Origin: Octopus bimaculoides
Lineage: Eukaryota
Length of the DNA stretch: 63,643 nucleotides
Direction: 5' to 3'
NCBI RefSeq assembly: GCF_001194135.2
Contig: NC_068984.1
Location: 30,361,518-30,425,160 of the forward strand
The notes under the pieces are model-generated. The model was not told where the DNA came from and did no database searches. It saw only the letters and a list, made by a program, of their open reading frames with translations. Shown here one piece after another: positions 12,239-27,053 of this stretch. Position numbers and translations under genes: made by a program. The stretch's first letter is position 1. Each line of letters opens with the position of its first letter.

Positions 12239-15200
12239 TTTAATAAAATATACATGTTTAAATAATCAGGTGCACTCTGTATAGAATTTATTATAACTGG
12301 CACCCATTAACTTTGGTCATCTTTACTAGCCTTATCTTCAGAAGTGTCATAATAATGAAATTACAGAATCATTAGGATGTGGAACAAAATGCTGAGTGGC
12401 ATTTCTTCCACTTCTTTACTTTCTAAATTCAAATTCCACCAGGCCTAACTTGGCCTTTCACTCCTTCAGTGTTGATAAAATAAAGTCCCTGTCAAGTACC
12501 ACAGTTGAGGCAATCAACTAACTCCTCTCTCCTTAAAAATGCTTACCTTGTATCAAATTATGAAACCATTAAATTCAGAAGCTTTGTTTTTTTGTACGAG
12601 AACATTGGGTTAGAATACTGTGAAAGAATAACAGAATGCTATGATATATAAACCTTTCTCGCAAACATTAAGAATACATTATGTTTTTAGATCTGTATTT
12701 ATTTCAATGTTATTGTATATTTCTAATTTTTTTACTTATCTAACACACACAGAAGCATTATTTAAAAAGAATTTCCCCTTAGATATTTCAAACTAATTTC
12801 ATTTAATAGAGATTTATTCCTGTATTTTCCTAATTTTCATATTCTTGTATTGTGGCTTATGTTATTTGATACTTAGCTACAGTTTTAAGGATAAAAACAT
12901 TCATTTATAAGAATTTTTATTTCATAATGTATTGCTAATGTTTGATAATGAACACTTAATTCATTTATTTTTATTAGATATAATGTATATACATGTGTGT
13001 GTGTCTGTGTGTATGAAATTATATATAAATTTTTAGTGGTGGAACAGTACTCAATACACACAGAATGGTTCGTTTGTTCATTGAAAGTTCATGTTTCAGT
13101 CCACCATTAATTTAATTTGTGTTGCATGCATTTTTGTTTATTTAGATGTTGAATAAACATTTAATTGTTTACTCTTTTAGCAGAATAGTTTAATCTTGCC
13201 AGTTTCAACTGTAATCCATCAACAATAACAGTGACAGATTCAGAGCACTTCTCTTTCACATGTATGGCCATGTAATCGGTTTTACTAGAATGTCTAGCAT
13301 ATATATGTGCACGTGTTTGTGTGCATATGTGTATGTGCATATGTGTGTGTGTGTGTGAGTGTTTAAATATAGTATAAATAAATCTTGGCTTTCATATGGC
13401 TCAACATACTGTAAACCACTGGGCTTTTCTGCAGTTTGAGGACATTGATGGTAAATAAGTTAAGCATGTAAGAATAAAAGTGATGTTATTAATTCTGTGG
13501 GGAATATAATAAGATGAATAATAGGGAATTGAACATGGAATCTTAAATGGATTGTGGTGTGTTTGTGTCCCCGTAACTTAGCAGTTTGGCAAAAGAACCT
13601 GATAGAATAAGTACTAGGCTTACAAAGAATAAGTCATAGGGTCGGTTTGCTCGACTAAAGGTGGTGCTCCAGCATGGCTGCAGTCAAATGACTGAAACAA
13701 GTAAAGAGTAGTTAGAAAAGAAAGAGAGAATTGGAGAGTTGCTAAGCTTATGTTCCAACAGGATGTGAAACAGAAATTATTCATATTTCAAAACAAAGTA
13801 CCCTAATAATTTCACCGTATTAATATAAAGTGTATGTGAAAAAATCGTCAGATCTTTTACTGGTAACTAGTAAGATAACAGGGATTGTTTGATGTAAAGT
13901 TTCTAGTTGTGAATCTAGTTATAGAGATAGTAAGATGAGTCAACATGTAACTAAGAATTTCAATAGGCAGAAAGTTATGAGGGTAAGAGTTCTTAATGCA
14001 TAGGGTGTCATTCAATTAATCTTGAATGATTCTTAGCTGTATCATTTGTAACTACTACCACACTAAAGGTGAGGTACTAATTGAGCAAAAACAATGCTCT
14101 TAATTCAGAAAAAATCTAGACAGATGCTGGAACAGAAATTAGCAATCAATATATTATTTAGCTACATCTGGACGTGTGTAAGTTCATTTCTGGTAATATG
14201 CTCGTGTATTATAAAAAGAAAAAAAAACTGCATGTATAATAGATTTCTTAGAAGTAGCACTGCAGATATGACAACACACAGACATGGTTGCCCTCGCGTG
14301 CTTTTCATGAAGAATCCTGGAAGGGGCTTTATGAGACCACAGCAGAGACGCTTCCAAAACAAAAAAAAACAGTAACCATTGGAAAACCGATTATAGCAGT
14401 GACTCGGTCAATTCCTAGCAATATCTGAAGGAATTTTTATATTCTAAAATATCATATCAGACTATAATTAAATTACAACAGTTATTATAGTCCACACTGC
14501 ATTGTTGCGCTATTCATGACACCGTATACTTCACAAACAATATGCAATGCTTCCAACGAACTACAATACTCTCCCATTACCATGACCACTTTCATGAGGG
14601 CTGTTGTTGTTGTTGTTGTCTTGGACAAGATCCCTGATGATGCAGACCTATGATCAGAAGTGTTCCATCCATGAACATCCAATCTTTTATTTGGACATAG
14701 TGTATTTAGAGATATATTATTCAATGTATCTTTATTTTTAAAGCAATATGGTATGAATTGAGAGATACTTGGCAGCTATTTCAAACTAGCCAAATTTTTG
14801 AAGATCCCTTGTTACTTTGTCATATAAGTTATTAGTTGTTGGAGACAAATATTACAAATGAAATAAACAAAAGAAATCGTGCATAAAAGAATTGTGACAT
14901 GAACTCAGTTGTCTGAAATTTGTGCTAGTTGTCTTAAATTGTAAAATCAGAGAATCTACAAACTTGCACCAAGCAAAATAAATTAATAAATAAACGTGTA
15001 AATATATAAATAACTAAAGAACATGTCTTTAATGAAGAGATTCAAAAACACAAAATCTAAGAAGGTACCAAAGTTCATGCAGTTTCATATTGTCAAGTGT
15101 TACCTGTCAATTTCAAAGCCTCTTTTGTTTTTGAAAGCAATAGAATCCAGAAGAATGTTCAGTGCTAGCACAGAAAATGTGCTTGCAATTATAATGAATA

Positions 15201-15476
15201 AAAGACAGTCCTTTCTCTTTTATGGTCATTCCTCCTAAATAAATAAGTGTGTGATGGGCTGTTTAATGTCAACAGAATTAGATTCAGAAGAACCAATTTA
15301 TGTGAATTGTTAGGTTTCTATAAAATTTGGTATGTGGGAAAGTAAATACCGTATTAAACATATTTAGACATGTATATAATATACCTGTGTGTCAGAAGTA
15401 AAACCTATAAGTACATACGCAAGCATAAATGCATACATGCATACATGAATATACATATCTGCACACTCCATATTGT

Positions 15477-15865
15477 TGTTGTTGACACTCCGTCGCTTAC
15501 GACGTCGAGGGTTCCAGTTGATGTGATCAACGGAACAGCCTGCTTGTGAAATTAATGTGCAAGAGGCTGAGCACTCCACAGACACGTGTACCCTTAATGT
15601 AGTTCTCGAGGATATTCAGCGTGACACAGTGTGACAAGGCTGACCCTTTGAATTACAGGCACAACAGAAACAGGAAGTAAGAGTGAGAGAAAGTTGTGGT
15701 GAAAGAGTACAGCAGGGTTTGCCACCATCCCCTGCTAGAGCCTCGTGGAGCTTTAAGTGGTTTCACTCAATAAACACTCACAACGCCCGGTCTGGGAATC
15801 GAAACGGCAATCCTATGACCGCAAGTCCACTGCCCTAACCACTGGGCCATTGCACCTCCACGCAC
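15477..15865 (-). mobile_element. tRNA-derived SINE, full length (second family)
   Basis: Reverse complement of 17422-17800, with a (CAA)n tail. Confidence 0.9.
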
Positions 15866-16089
15866 TCTCCATAATCATTGTACATCATGTATATGACTGT
15901 CTATCTGTCCATCTCATTCTCTCTCTCTCTCCCTCTCTCTCTTTGTGACACCTTGGGAGTTGTAACCAAATTCTACTCTGTTGCATGTATTTCAGCCAAG
16001 TTCCCAGTTTGAGGATTCTCTCTATGGTCCTTTCCACCATTCTCAGGAGGCCTGTTGCAGCCTTGTTCACTGCCTCACTTCAGACTAAA

Positions 16090-16430
16090 AGACTTATCCT
16101 CATCATTAGTGTCTACTTTCCATACTGGCATGGGTTAGATAGTTTGACCGGAACTGGTAAACCAGAGAGGTGCACCAAGTTCCTATGAGATTTAGCCTTA
16201 GCTCTATGGTGGGATGCCCTTCCTAATGCCAAGAGTGTAATTGGTGCTTTTAACATGCCGCTAGCATGAGTGCCAGTTATGTGACACTGGTATTGGCCAT
16301 GACTATGATTTCACTTGACTTGATGAGTCTTCTTAAGTACGATATCACCAAAGGATTTGGACCCTTGTCATCACCATGAGGCTCAATGTTCAAAGATCAT
16401 GCTTCATCACCTTGTCCCATGTCTTCCTGG
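16090..16430 (-). mobile_element. RTE-3'-end-type repeat fragment
   Basis: TTTCCATACTGGCATGGGTTAGATAGTTTGACC...GGATGCCCTTCCTAATGCCAA matches the family in reverse. Confidence 0.7.
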
Positions 16431-17421
16431 AGCTACCAAAAAGACTAAAACAGAAAAGTTCTCACCCCACTTCTACTTCAACTCTAAGGTTCTACACCTC
16501 ATGAAATGATCACATACATATGGTATAAGCATCAATATATTTTGCTAATTAAAATCAAGTCAACAGATCTTAATAAAAACTAAAGCAAGTTAAAACAGCA
16601 TAAAATATCAGTAAGTGAAAAAAATTCTGTTTCTTAGCGGAATTAATTAATGTTTTCCATGAGTTAGTCAACACAGAGCCATGTTAATCTGAAGCGGTAT
16701 TTATACATAGCTAAGAATGTGGGAATGATGTGATCTAAATTTACAAATAAGGAGCTTATATGAACAGACATTGATTCCGAAACAAAAATCAATTCATTAC
16801 ATAATTAGTCAGGAATATTAGAAGTAATCATGTAATTAATATATTTTCCTTCTTTTCCTTTTTATTTCTGTTTTTCTTCAAATGCCTTCTAACTAATTCT
16901 CCTCTTATAGAGGAATTTATTTGCCAGCAAGCAAGCAAACATTGTTCACTTGCTGATAAAAATATTGCAACAGGATTTTACACCAAATGACTTTTAACTT
17001 CACTAACTTCTTACTCAGTACACTACAGTCTTAGAGTCCTGAATGCAGCCATTAAATTAGTCATCATCACCATCATCTACTACTACTACTACTGCTGCTG
17101 CTGTTGCTGCTACTACTGCTGCTGCTGCTACCAACACCACCACCTAAATCATCATCATCATTATTATTGTTGCTATTTATTACTATTATTAGGTGCAGTG
17201 AGCTGTAGAAACATGAAATTATAAGAAAAATAGAAAAAATATTCGTTACTTTTATATTCCAAGTTTAAATCCTGTTGAGCTGAACTTTGTGTTTCATCTC
17301 TATAGGACTGCTATAATAAAGCACTAGCTAACTACTGGACTCAGTGGAATCAAATAATACTCGCTCCTCGAAATTGCTGGCCTTGAGCCTATATCTGATG
17401 CCATTATAGGGTAGTGTAGGG

Positions 17422-17800
17422 GGCACAATGGCCCAGTGGTTAGGGCAGCAGACACACGGTCAAAGGCTCACGGTTTCGATTCCCAGACCGGGCATTGTGA
17501 GTGTTTATTGAGCGAAAAACACCTAAAGCTCCACGAGGCTCCGGCAGGGGATGGTGGTGAACCCTACTGTACTCTTTCACCACAACTTTCTCTCACACTT
17601 ACTTCCTGTTTCTGTTGTGCCTGTAATTCAAAGGGCCAGCCTTGTCACACTCTGTGTCATGCTGAATCTCCCCGAGAACTACATTAAGGGTACAAAGTGT
17701 CTGTGGAGTGCTCAGCCACTTGCACGTTAATTTCACAAGCAGGCTGTTCCATTGATCGGATCAACTGGAACCCTCGACGTCGTAAGCAACAGAATGACAA
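17422..17800 (+). mobile_element. tRNA-derived SINE, full length (second family)
   Basis: A box TGGCCCAGTGG, B box GTTTCGATTCC, 3' end ...GGATCAACTGGAACCCTCGACGTCGTAAGC. Variants occur at 36895-37165(+) and 38805-39060(-). Confidence 0.9.
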
Positions 17801-18169
17801 CCAATAGGGTAGTGTACTGGCAGAATCATTAAAGTGCCAGATAAAATGCTATGCAATGTTTCTTGTCTTTACTTTCTGAGTTCAAATCTCATTGAAGGTG
17901 TCTTTGCCTTTCATCATTTCAGAGTTGATGAAATAATGTAACAGTCAAAATTACTGGACTTGCACCTAAATCAGAAGCCATTATTATTACTATTACTGAG
18001 TTTTCTCAGTGTGAGAGTCTAGAAACAGAATAGGTTTTTGCTTTGGGAGCAAGTTAGACCCAGCAGCCTCAAATCTCAAGAACTTTGTTGATGATTCTTT
18101 CTGTCTCAAGCAATGTGACTCTCTGCAGCTGCTCCATCTTACTTTTAAGTTTTAATTTATCAAGTCCAA

Positions 18170-18466
18170 AGTTCTAGTAAGTAGGAAGGCGAACACATCA
18201 CATCCCACTCAGGTAGGTGGCCCTGCTTGATCTGTAGAGAAGGTGTAGGTAGAAACTCCATTCGCCATGATAGATCGCTGACCACTACATTTATATTTTT
18301 TTTCTCCTCGTTTCTCTCCTTATTTCTTTCTGTGTTCCTTTCAGTTGAAGAGCGTAGCTTGAAACGTCAAAGACTTTCTCTATTCCTGAGTGTTAAACTA
18401 ATACATCCATTTGTTGTTTACACCACCTGTCTTCGTCTGTTGTTTTTTTCATAAATTCTCCCATAC

Positions 18467-18470
<4 letters not shown>
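18170..18470 (+). mobile_element. Penelope-like terminal repeat fragment with hammerhead-like motif at 18338-18373
   Basis: TTGAAGA-GCGTAGC-TT-GAAACGTC. The 3' part TTTACACCACCTGTC(T/C)TCGTCTGTTGTT is repeated at about 32455-32490, and the element ends at (TA)n. The family label is an inference. Confidence 0.45.
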
Positions 18471-18524
<54 letters not shown>

Positions 18525-18530
<6 letters not shown>

Positions 18531-18690
18531 GATGGGCTTCTTTCAGTTTCTGTCTACCAAATCTACTCACAAGGCTTTGGTCAGCCTGAGGTTACAGTAG
18601 CAGACACTTGCCCAAAGTGCTATGCAGTGGGAATGAACCCGGAATCATGTGGTTGAGAAGAAAGCTTCTTACCACACAGCCATGCCTGTT
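18525..18690 (-). mobile_element. SINE head (family of 759-925)
   Basis: Reverse complement of the 759-925 body. Confidence 0.9.
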
Positions 18691-20099
18691 CCTTGGCAAA
18701 CTTCTCCTTGAAAAGTTTTAGCCTTACAAACATGTTTAGAGCATTTATTATTTTGGCAATTTATTTCCCATGATATTAAATATCATTATAAAAAATATGA
18801 TACTATTGCCATCGATATCTTTTATTTTATTGTTATCAAAATACTTTCATGAGTATAATTCCTCTTCCAGTTATTCTTCATGCATTATTATTATTATTAT
18901 ATTTGTCTCTTAAAATACATTTCTTAGATTCTTACTCTGACTATGTGTTGCAGAGATTTCAAGGATTCATTTTGAAATAACAGTCATCTAAACATTATAT
19001 TTGCTCACTTGATTCCCTTTAACAGCATTTCATCCTATGACTGATGAGGTTTAAGATGGGACAATAGTTCTTAGAAATTCCTTTTTGCTAGCATAATAAT
19101 ACTAGGAGGTTTATCATTGAGTGTTATTGCCTATCCAATGAATATCAGCAGCACAAAATCTTTTTTGATTTAGGACTTAAAGGTATATACAATGACTGTG
19201 CATTTCAGCATAAAGAAAACTTTAACTCTTTCAATAAAGCTTATTTGATTGTTTTTGCTTTTATAATTTTACACTTTCTTCCTGAAATAGCTTTACATCC
19301 ATTTATACATGCTAACATGAAACGAAAGGATTTTCTAAACTTGAGTATTTGCATATTTTCATCATCCATTATCTGTTTAATCAAGGGTAGAATAAAAATC
19401 TTCTCATCGAAGAAAGAATTGCTGGAGTGTGATTAATTTTTATGATTCATACATGTTTCTTCTTGATAATCAACTAAGAGGTATTTCACAAGTTACAAAC
19501 AATTCTGAAATGTTATTAGATACATTCTTTTTAAGTGCACTTTGGATTGGTGGTAACACAAAATTAAAACAGGTCTGTGTGGTTAGCTCTTCTACTATGA
19601 TTCAAGCACACATGAAAAATTAGGTTCAACATTGCACACTAATTAATCATTTATAAATTAATAGTGTTGTCGATGTTCATAGTAATGAACATATTCCACT
19701 TTGTAGTTCACATTTAAATAGGCTGTGCTTTTAAGTGTTAATTTGGTTGGTTATGAATACAAACGAGCCCTAGTAATAACTGGAAATCAAATGACAGCTG
19801 TTTAACTGATTGCCAAACATCCTAAAAACCTAGATATTTAGTCATTGTCAAATATTAAATGATAGGGTACCAAATGGAATGTCATACTCTTTAGCTCTTT
19901 TAATGAATTCACTCATTAAAGTGCAGCCATACTGGAGTGTGACCCTGAAGATTTTGATCACTCAAATCAATTCCAGTGCTTATCTTAAAATTTGGTACAT
20001 AATCTTGCAGTCCTTTTTGGCCAAACTGTTAAGTTATGGGGACATAAACAAACCAATGCTGGTTATCATGCATACTTACATACCTGAATACATACATGG

Positions 20100-20300
20100 A
20101 TAGATACATGCATACAAGCTCAGGTTTATACCTGTAATTATTGGGGCCCTGAGATATGTAACACACTGCCTAAAATCCAATCTTGAGAAATTAGGCTTCT
20201 CCAGACCAGAAAGGAGAAAGCTAATTCGAAGACTACAGATCTAATGCATCACTGGAACTGTAAAAATAAGTAAAACTTTCCAGAAGTTTATCATTTAAAT
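20100..20300 (+). mobile_element. Restriction-like-endonuclease LINE extreme 3' end
   Basis: Translation PVIIGALRYVTHCLKSNLEKLGFS...KLIRRLQI*CITGTVKISKTFQKFII*. Confidence 0.7.
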
Positions 20301-21133
20301 ATATATGAGCATGTCTAGATATATAACTATATGAATGAGAATGCCTACATAAAACATATAAATCTGCACATGCATACATACATACAAACAAAAATATCCT
20401 GTTGTTGATGCTGAAATTCCAATGAATGGATCTCGGTTGAAAACCAATTCTTTCTCTATTGGCAAGAAACCTTGCAATAAACTGAATAATGACATACATA
20501 CACACAGATATGATGGACTCTCCTATCATAAATGTCAGATGAGAGTTCAGCAAATTCTCATCCAAACAACCTGCACAAATCATTTGTGGATAATTATCAA
20601 ATGTTTCTGTTGTACATTATCTCACTTTCTCCATCAAGTCAACATTACCCATACACGTGCACAATATGTTACATGTCAGATGACAAAGCGATTGCAGAGG
20701 AACAGGAAATGAAAAGCTTTGCTCAAGAGCACAACGCACTGNNNNNNNNNNNNNNNNNNNNNNNNNNNNNNNNNNNNNNNNNNNNNNNNNNNNNNNNNNN
20801 NNNNNNNNNNNNNNNNNNNNNNNNNNNNNNNNNNNNNNNNNNNNNNNNNNNNNNNNNNNNNNNNNNNNNNNNNNNNNNNNNNNNNNNNNNNNNNNNNNNN
20901 NNNNNNNNNNNNNNNNNNNNNNNNNNNNNNNNNNNNNNNNNNNNNNNNNNNNNNNNNNNNNNNNNNNNNNNNNNNNNNNNNNNNNNNNNNNNNNNNNNNN
21001 NNNNNNNNNNNNNNNNNNNNNNNNNNNNNNNNNNNNNNNNNNNNNNNNNNNNNNNNNNNNNNNNNNNNNNNNNNNNNNNNNNNNNNNNNNNATATATATA
21101 TATATATATATAAAAATGTTCAGAGGCATTCAT

Positions 21134-21233
21134 AAACCGAGGTACTACTGTATTAAACGAATATGAGAAAGACAAGAGATAAAGCATGATTTATTCATGA
21201 TCGGGGGTGTTCAAAAACCGAGGTTCTACTGTA
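21134..21233. mobile_element. Right end of a pogo/Tigger-like DNA element, with the TIR-like motif present twice
   Basis: AAACCGAGGT(A/T)CTACTG followed by TA at 21134-21152 and about 21215-21233 (reverse complement TA|CAGTAGAACCTCGG). The left end would lie in the adjacent gap. Confidence 0.5.
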
Positions 21234-22699
21234 TATTATAAGACATTTACCCAAAGTGTCATGCTGCAGAAATTTGAACTTAGAACGTAGCAATGTTCAC
21301 AATACAGCTAAGTATTTCATCCGGCACTGTAACAATTCTGCCAGCTCGCCACCTTGGAATAATAATAACCATATTGTTGACAACAATAACATGTATTTCA
21401 TTTTGAGTTTGCATTTATTGTAGGTAATCAATGTAATTGTTACTTGAAGGAAAATCAAATTTTTGCCAACAACCTTAAATAACTACGAATAATTGTGAAA
21501 GAATGAGAATAATTAGAGAATTTACTGGCCAAAGCACACTTAGAAGAAAAAGGAATTCTGCCTGATATTAAGTTGGTAATGAAACCTCAAACTTCTAAAT
21601 AAGTTAATTTGTGTTACTCCTAGATAGAATAACGCTTTATGTTATATCTTTAGAAAATTTGCTACATGTCTCTGAAGTATATCCCTTTACTCTGTTTGTG
21701 GCTTCAGTCATTGGACTGTGGCCAAGCTTGGACACCACTGTCACAACTTTTAGTCATTTATATGACTAATTTTATTATATTTCGTTCTCTCTTTCTACAG
21801 CATTTGTTTTATTGGTTCCAATGAATTACCATGTTATAGTTTGGCATAAATGGACAGAACCACCAAATCAGTTTAAGCTGTTAAACATAAAAACAGCTAC
21901 ATATATAGATACATACACACACATATATTTGGTAGTAAAGTGAAATGCATCACAACAAGACTATTTCAAGTGTGATATGATCCATAGAACTAAATATAAC
22001 TAAGTCCTCATTGAAATGACAGCTGTGTATTTAAATAAGAGATCTGAAACGATAGATTTTATTTATAAGGCTATCAATGATATATCATGAACAAGAATAT
22101 ATTTTACTAATTAAAATCTGGCTCAAAATGTCATATTAACTGATAGTATATACAAATTAATATACATATTAGAAAAATATACAAAATTCTACATGTATAT
22201 TTGTAGTATATACAATTAAATATGATTACAAAACCTTGAGGTTAGGATAATACTCAAAGTAATAACAGAAAATTATAAAGGTAAAGTGTTTAGCTTAAGC
22301 TATCTTTAAGAATATTTCTAATAAAGATGAGATGAAAGGAAGAATGAAAAAATATTAATTTAGAAAAAATGAAAAAATATTAAATGAATTCATAAAATGA
22401 CTGTCATTAATCTACTAATGATGTCATTTTATTTAATTAGGTAGTAATCTGGATCATATCTAATATCAATTTTCTATGCATTTCCTACTCAATTGTAAAT
22501 TCTATAGTAGTAAATTGGAAGTAAATCTATTCCTGGTAAGGATGTTGAATCACTGACTGAAGCTTTCCTTAACAAAAGATTTGGACTCAGTAATACTATT
22601 ATTTTTCTTCAAGTAAAGCACTCTATAAAATTTGGTATAAATGTAGAAGTTAAGTGTATTGAAGGCAGTGCTACAGCTTGGCCTTTGTTGTGATGTTTG

Positions 22700-23100
22700 A
22701 AGCAAATTAGGGGATGACAAGAGATTGAGACTCCTGGCAGTTTAGTGTGCCTGCGAAGACACATCAAGCTAAGCAAAAGTGTGGTTGTCCTTGCATACAG
22801 ACATGTCTCCTGCATCCCTCTCCAGCTGAACAATCGTAGTCTTGTGGGCTCGTGGGTGCTGGTGCAGCATAAAAAGCACCCATACCAGTGCCATGTAAAA
22901 GCACCCGTGCCAGTGCTGTGAAAAAGCACCCAGTACACTCAGTAAAGTAGTTGGCATTAGGAAGGCATCTGGCCATAGAAACCATACCCAAAACAGACAG
23001 CCTGGGCAGCTCTTCAGATGGCCAGCTCCTGTTAAACCATCTAATCCATGCCAGCATGGAAAACAAATATCAGATGATGTTGATGATGATGAAGATGATG
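22700..23100 (+). mobile_element. RTE-3'-end-type repeat with (GAT)n tail
   Basis: Similar to 34815-35155. Ends CCATGCCAGCATGGAAAACAAATATCAGATGATG. Confidence 0.8.
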
Positions 23101-26100
23101 ATATCTATAAACAGTATATAGCGTCTGTGATAGGACATAATGATTCCTAAGCATGTTGCTAGACATTCTATTGATTTCATCATCTACATTCTCTCAATGG
23201 ATCTTGCTACCTATTTATCTGTAGTTCAATATTCTATCAATGCATTCATTTTACCTCTCTAATAACATAACTAAGAGAAACCAAATTAACTACTAATATA
23301 TTTGCATCAAGTGTATATTGTTTCCTTGTCATCCTTTGCCAGATCCTCTTCATCATCATCATCATCATCCTCAGCAACAGCACAGCATCTCACCACTTAT
23401 TGGCTCTCCTCTGTTATCTATTTCAGAAGGTTCAACAGTCAGAAATCGACTTTCACTGTTTTTTTTTTCCCCATGTTTAACAGGTGTAAAATTACTGCAA
23501 ATAGATTGCATGGTTAAGCTTTAAATTTCAAAAAAGAATAACTCTATTTTATTTGTTTATTTTGTTTTGAGTATATTTTCTATGATTTAGTCAGTAATTA
23601 CATATATATATATATATGTATATATATATACATATATATATATATATTTGTGAACAAATAAAACATAGTTCACACACACATTGGTTCAAATGATCAAAAA
23701 TAGATAAACAAATATATAAAATAAGTAAATAAATGTACACGTTATCAAATTGTTAGTTTATCTTTAACAAAATTGTCAAATGATTTGATGTGTAATGACA
23801 CTACCATTCATTTAACTTTAAATTGAAATTGAGAGAGGTGAGGCAAATTGAGAGAAATCCTAAAATTAAAGGTGCTTATAGCCTTGTTAAAACCTGTCTA
23901 AAATCTCTAGATAATTTAATGTCTTTATGGTGAAGATGTGAGCAACAGTTTATGCATTGTGTTATCAGTATCACTCTCCCCAGTTTGCAGGATCTTTGAA
24001 GGTTATAGGCACTGCACGTTCTGCAAACCTAACAAGGAGCTTAGACAAGCCCCAAGTCCTTTTTTATGGACTTTGAAACTAGTGGTAGGAATGAAGGTAA
24101 AAGCTAAAATGCAAAGCTTTGATCTATACAAAGCAGAATATGAAGTGAGGTAGATAGTTTGAATGCTTACATCAGAGTGACATCCAATAAAGGCTACCTA
24201 ACTGGATAATTAAGTCTATCATCCTTTCTCCAGATGCAGCAAGCAAAAACAGAATAAATAAAAAGAAAGAGAACACCAGATTGTATGTTCTTTCACATGA
24301 CCTTGTGAAGATTTTTGATAAGGTTGATTTCACAACTCCCTATTTTCCACTGCTCTCTTATCTTCAACTGATTCCACCATTCATTATTTTACTTTACTTT
24401 GGCTTGCTTAGATGATAACCTTAAAGAATAATTATAATAATTATGGTAATTCATTAGAAATTTAAATATTGGTTATATCCATGTAAATTTCTGTAATATC
24501 CTTATATTATCTTGCTGTAACAGGCAAGTGTTTGTGATATGCTAGTTAAAAATCACAGTTCTGCAGTATCATTTCAAATAAAATAATTTTAATATTTTCA
24601 TGTAATTAAAATGTTAACTCTGCAGTTAACATCTTCAATAGAGAAGAATCGTGTTTATAATTAAGAAAAGCCATTCTATTTTTTAACAATTTTGTCTTTT
24701 ATTTTGGGTAACAATTAATATTTTTAACAAATTAATCTGATATCTGAAGGAAGTGGTTGTTTGTAAGGCCTTTGAGGTTTCTCAGCAGATAATAGAAAGC
24801 ATGACTCTATGACTGTTCCTCTCAACTATGCTTACATACAAATGCATTTAAGTATGTTTTCATTTTTTTAAAAATCTGTATGTTGTATATAATTTCTATT
24901 TATGTACATATATATGTATTCTTATATAAATAAAAATGATTTTATTTTATTTTTTTATTACATTTTGATGTTGACAATTTCTGCAATGCTGATTTCTTTC
25001 AGTGCTTCCATATTTGTTGCTATATTAAATCTTCTTCCCTACCCTTATATTAGTATCCCTAAACAGTGACATAGCTAAAGTGTGTACTGCTTGGGACAAC
25101 CCTTGAGTTTGTTGCTACACTTAGACACTCACATAGAATATACTGTATTGTGAAAGAATCCTTTTTTAAGTGTTATCCCTATAAAAGCGTTGCCTTGGGC
25201 AGACTAGTCATCCCTGCCCAATCCCACCTACAGTACTGCCTCTGCATTACCTTGTCTCTGAAAAATAAATATAACATTGTAATTTCCATTTTTTCGCATT
25301 ATCCCCGTTCTTTCCTTTTTTTCATCTTTTATCACCATGCTTATCGATGTCTAAATACTTAAAATATAGCCAGTTACCACACCTGAATAAATATGAGATG
25401 ATAGGGTGAAACCATACTTTTGTTAATTGCTTTAGGTGTCACTGTAAATTTGCAAGAAGACATAGACTGTTTCTCTGTCCTCTCGCTTTTGATCCAGTAA
25501 AACTTTCCAGAATGTGATAGCCAGAAGGAAAGTCTCACATGGTACTGAATACTTTTGAGTAGACTGGAGCAATGTAAAATGAATTACCTTGCTCAAGGAC
25601 AAAAATACACTATCTACTCTTGGAATATGTTCGTGAATTCATGTCTGTATGATCATGAGACAAGCACCATAAACACAAGACCAGTCTGAGTCTTATACTT
25701 AAAATGACTGTAACCTGTAAAGAGAAACTGGCTCTGCTGGACAAACTTAACCTGCAACATACTCTCTGAAGACAAGCCTTGAATGCAGTACAAAGAACTA
25801 ATAGATAAATGGATATTTCACTTTTCCCCTTACAGTTACAATGTTATTCAACAGGATTTTTGTTTTGTTGTTCACTGATTGAGATGACTCATAATAAAAG
25901 CCATTCGAGCTGTGACCATCCAGTCTTCTCATACACAGTTCAACTCAGATTACATTATCTAATGCCTTTCCTTTTTCAAAGATGGCACTGTGCATTTTGA
26001 GAGAGATTTGACCATTATTTCTAGCAGTTCTAATGGTGTTGTTCTAGATTCTACATGTAGTTATTTTAGTGTTGGTTTTACCATAAATAATTTCATTCTC

Positions 26101-26990
26101 TTCAGTCTGAGTGCAAATCCTGTTGTGATTGATGTAGCTTTTCATCCTCCCAGTGTATGATAGAATACATAACTGCAATATTCAGGAATTCATCTATTTC
26201 ACTACTGTAAGTTCTAGAAATATACTAAAAATCTGAATTTTTTTTTTCTTTAGAGAAATTAGTTGAGAAAGAATTATTCAGTAGAGGATATGACAAGATT
26301 GATTAAATTGTATTTGTCATTTGAAATATTGCTGCTAGTCTATTGCATCACTGATATGGAATTCTCTGATTGCAAAATAAAAGATTTAAAAAAAAAACAT
26401 TGAAAATATTAAAAAAATCTTTATTCAGAGAACATATCTGTTAAATGTTGATTCTTGTGTTGGACAATTTATTTAGTAGGGATGGTTTTTATTAATGGGC
26501 CGTTTGATATTATATAGTTATTTTGTCTTCCTTTAAAACCAAAAATATTGCTTATAGTTAAAGTGTTTGCAAATGAATCCAGTTTGAAGAATGCAATGAG
26601 ATCTCTATTAGATTTCTTTAAGCTTATTCTAGTATTCACTTTGTCATAGGCTTCACTTTAATGAAATTGGTTCATGCTTGGGTTTATGTGTGGAAGTAGC
26701 CTCCAATGGCTGAGTTGGTGTTATTTCATCTGCTTTAAGAAGTCCCTATATATTCTGAAGAAACTGTGCTTCATTTTGATAATAACAGAGCAAATGTGGA
26801 CAAACAAAATCATGCACTAAATCTTTTCTTTGCTTTCCTTTTGAAAATCAAACCTCATGATACCCAAGACACAGGAACAAGATTAAATTTACCACCATTA
26901 AGATGCGTTGTTAAAGGTTTGGGATTTCCAAACAATATAAAAGCAGTGCATATGCGTACATATACAGTTATATGTATATGTAAGTGTGTT

Positions 26991-27053
<63 letters not shown>

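Noticed and set aside
13840-14180. 8-bp hairpin TCATTCAA/TTGAATGA with patchy extension
   Set aside because: Several such stems are expected by chance in AT-rich DNA, and the extension is not convincing.
19000-19430. Minus-strand frame FFDEKIFILPLIKQIMDDENMQ, faintly like a DNA-transposon protein
   Set aside because: The similarity is too weak to call without a profile search.
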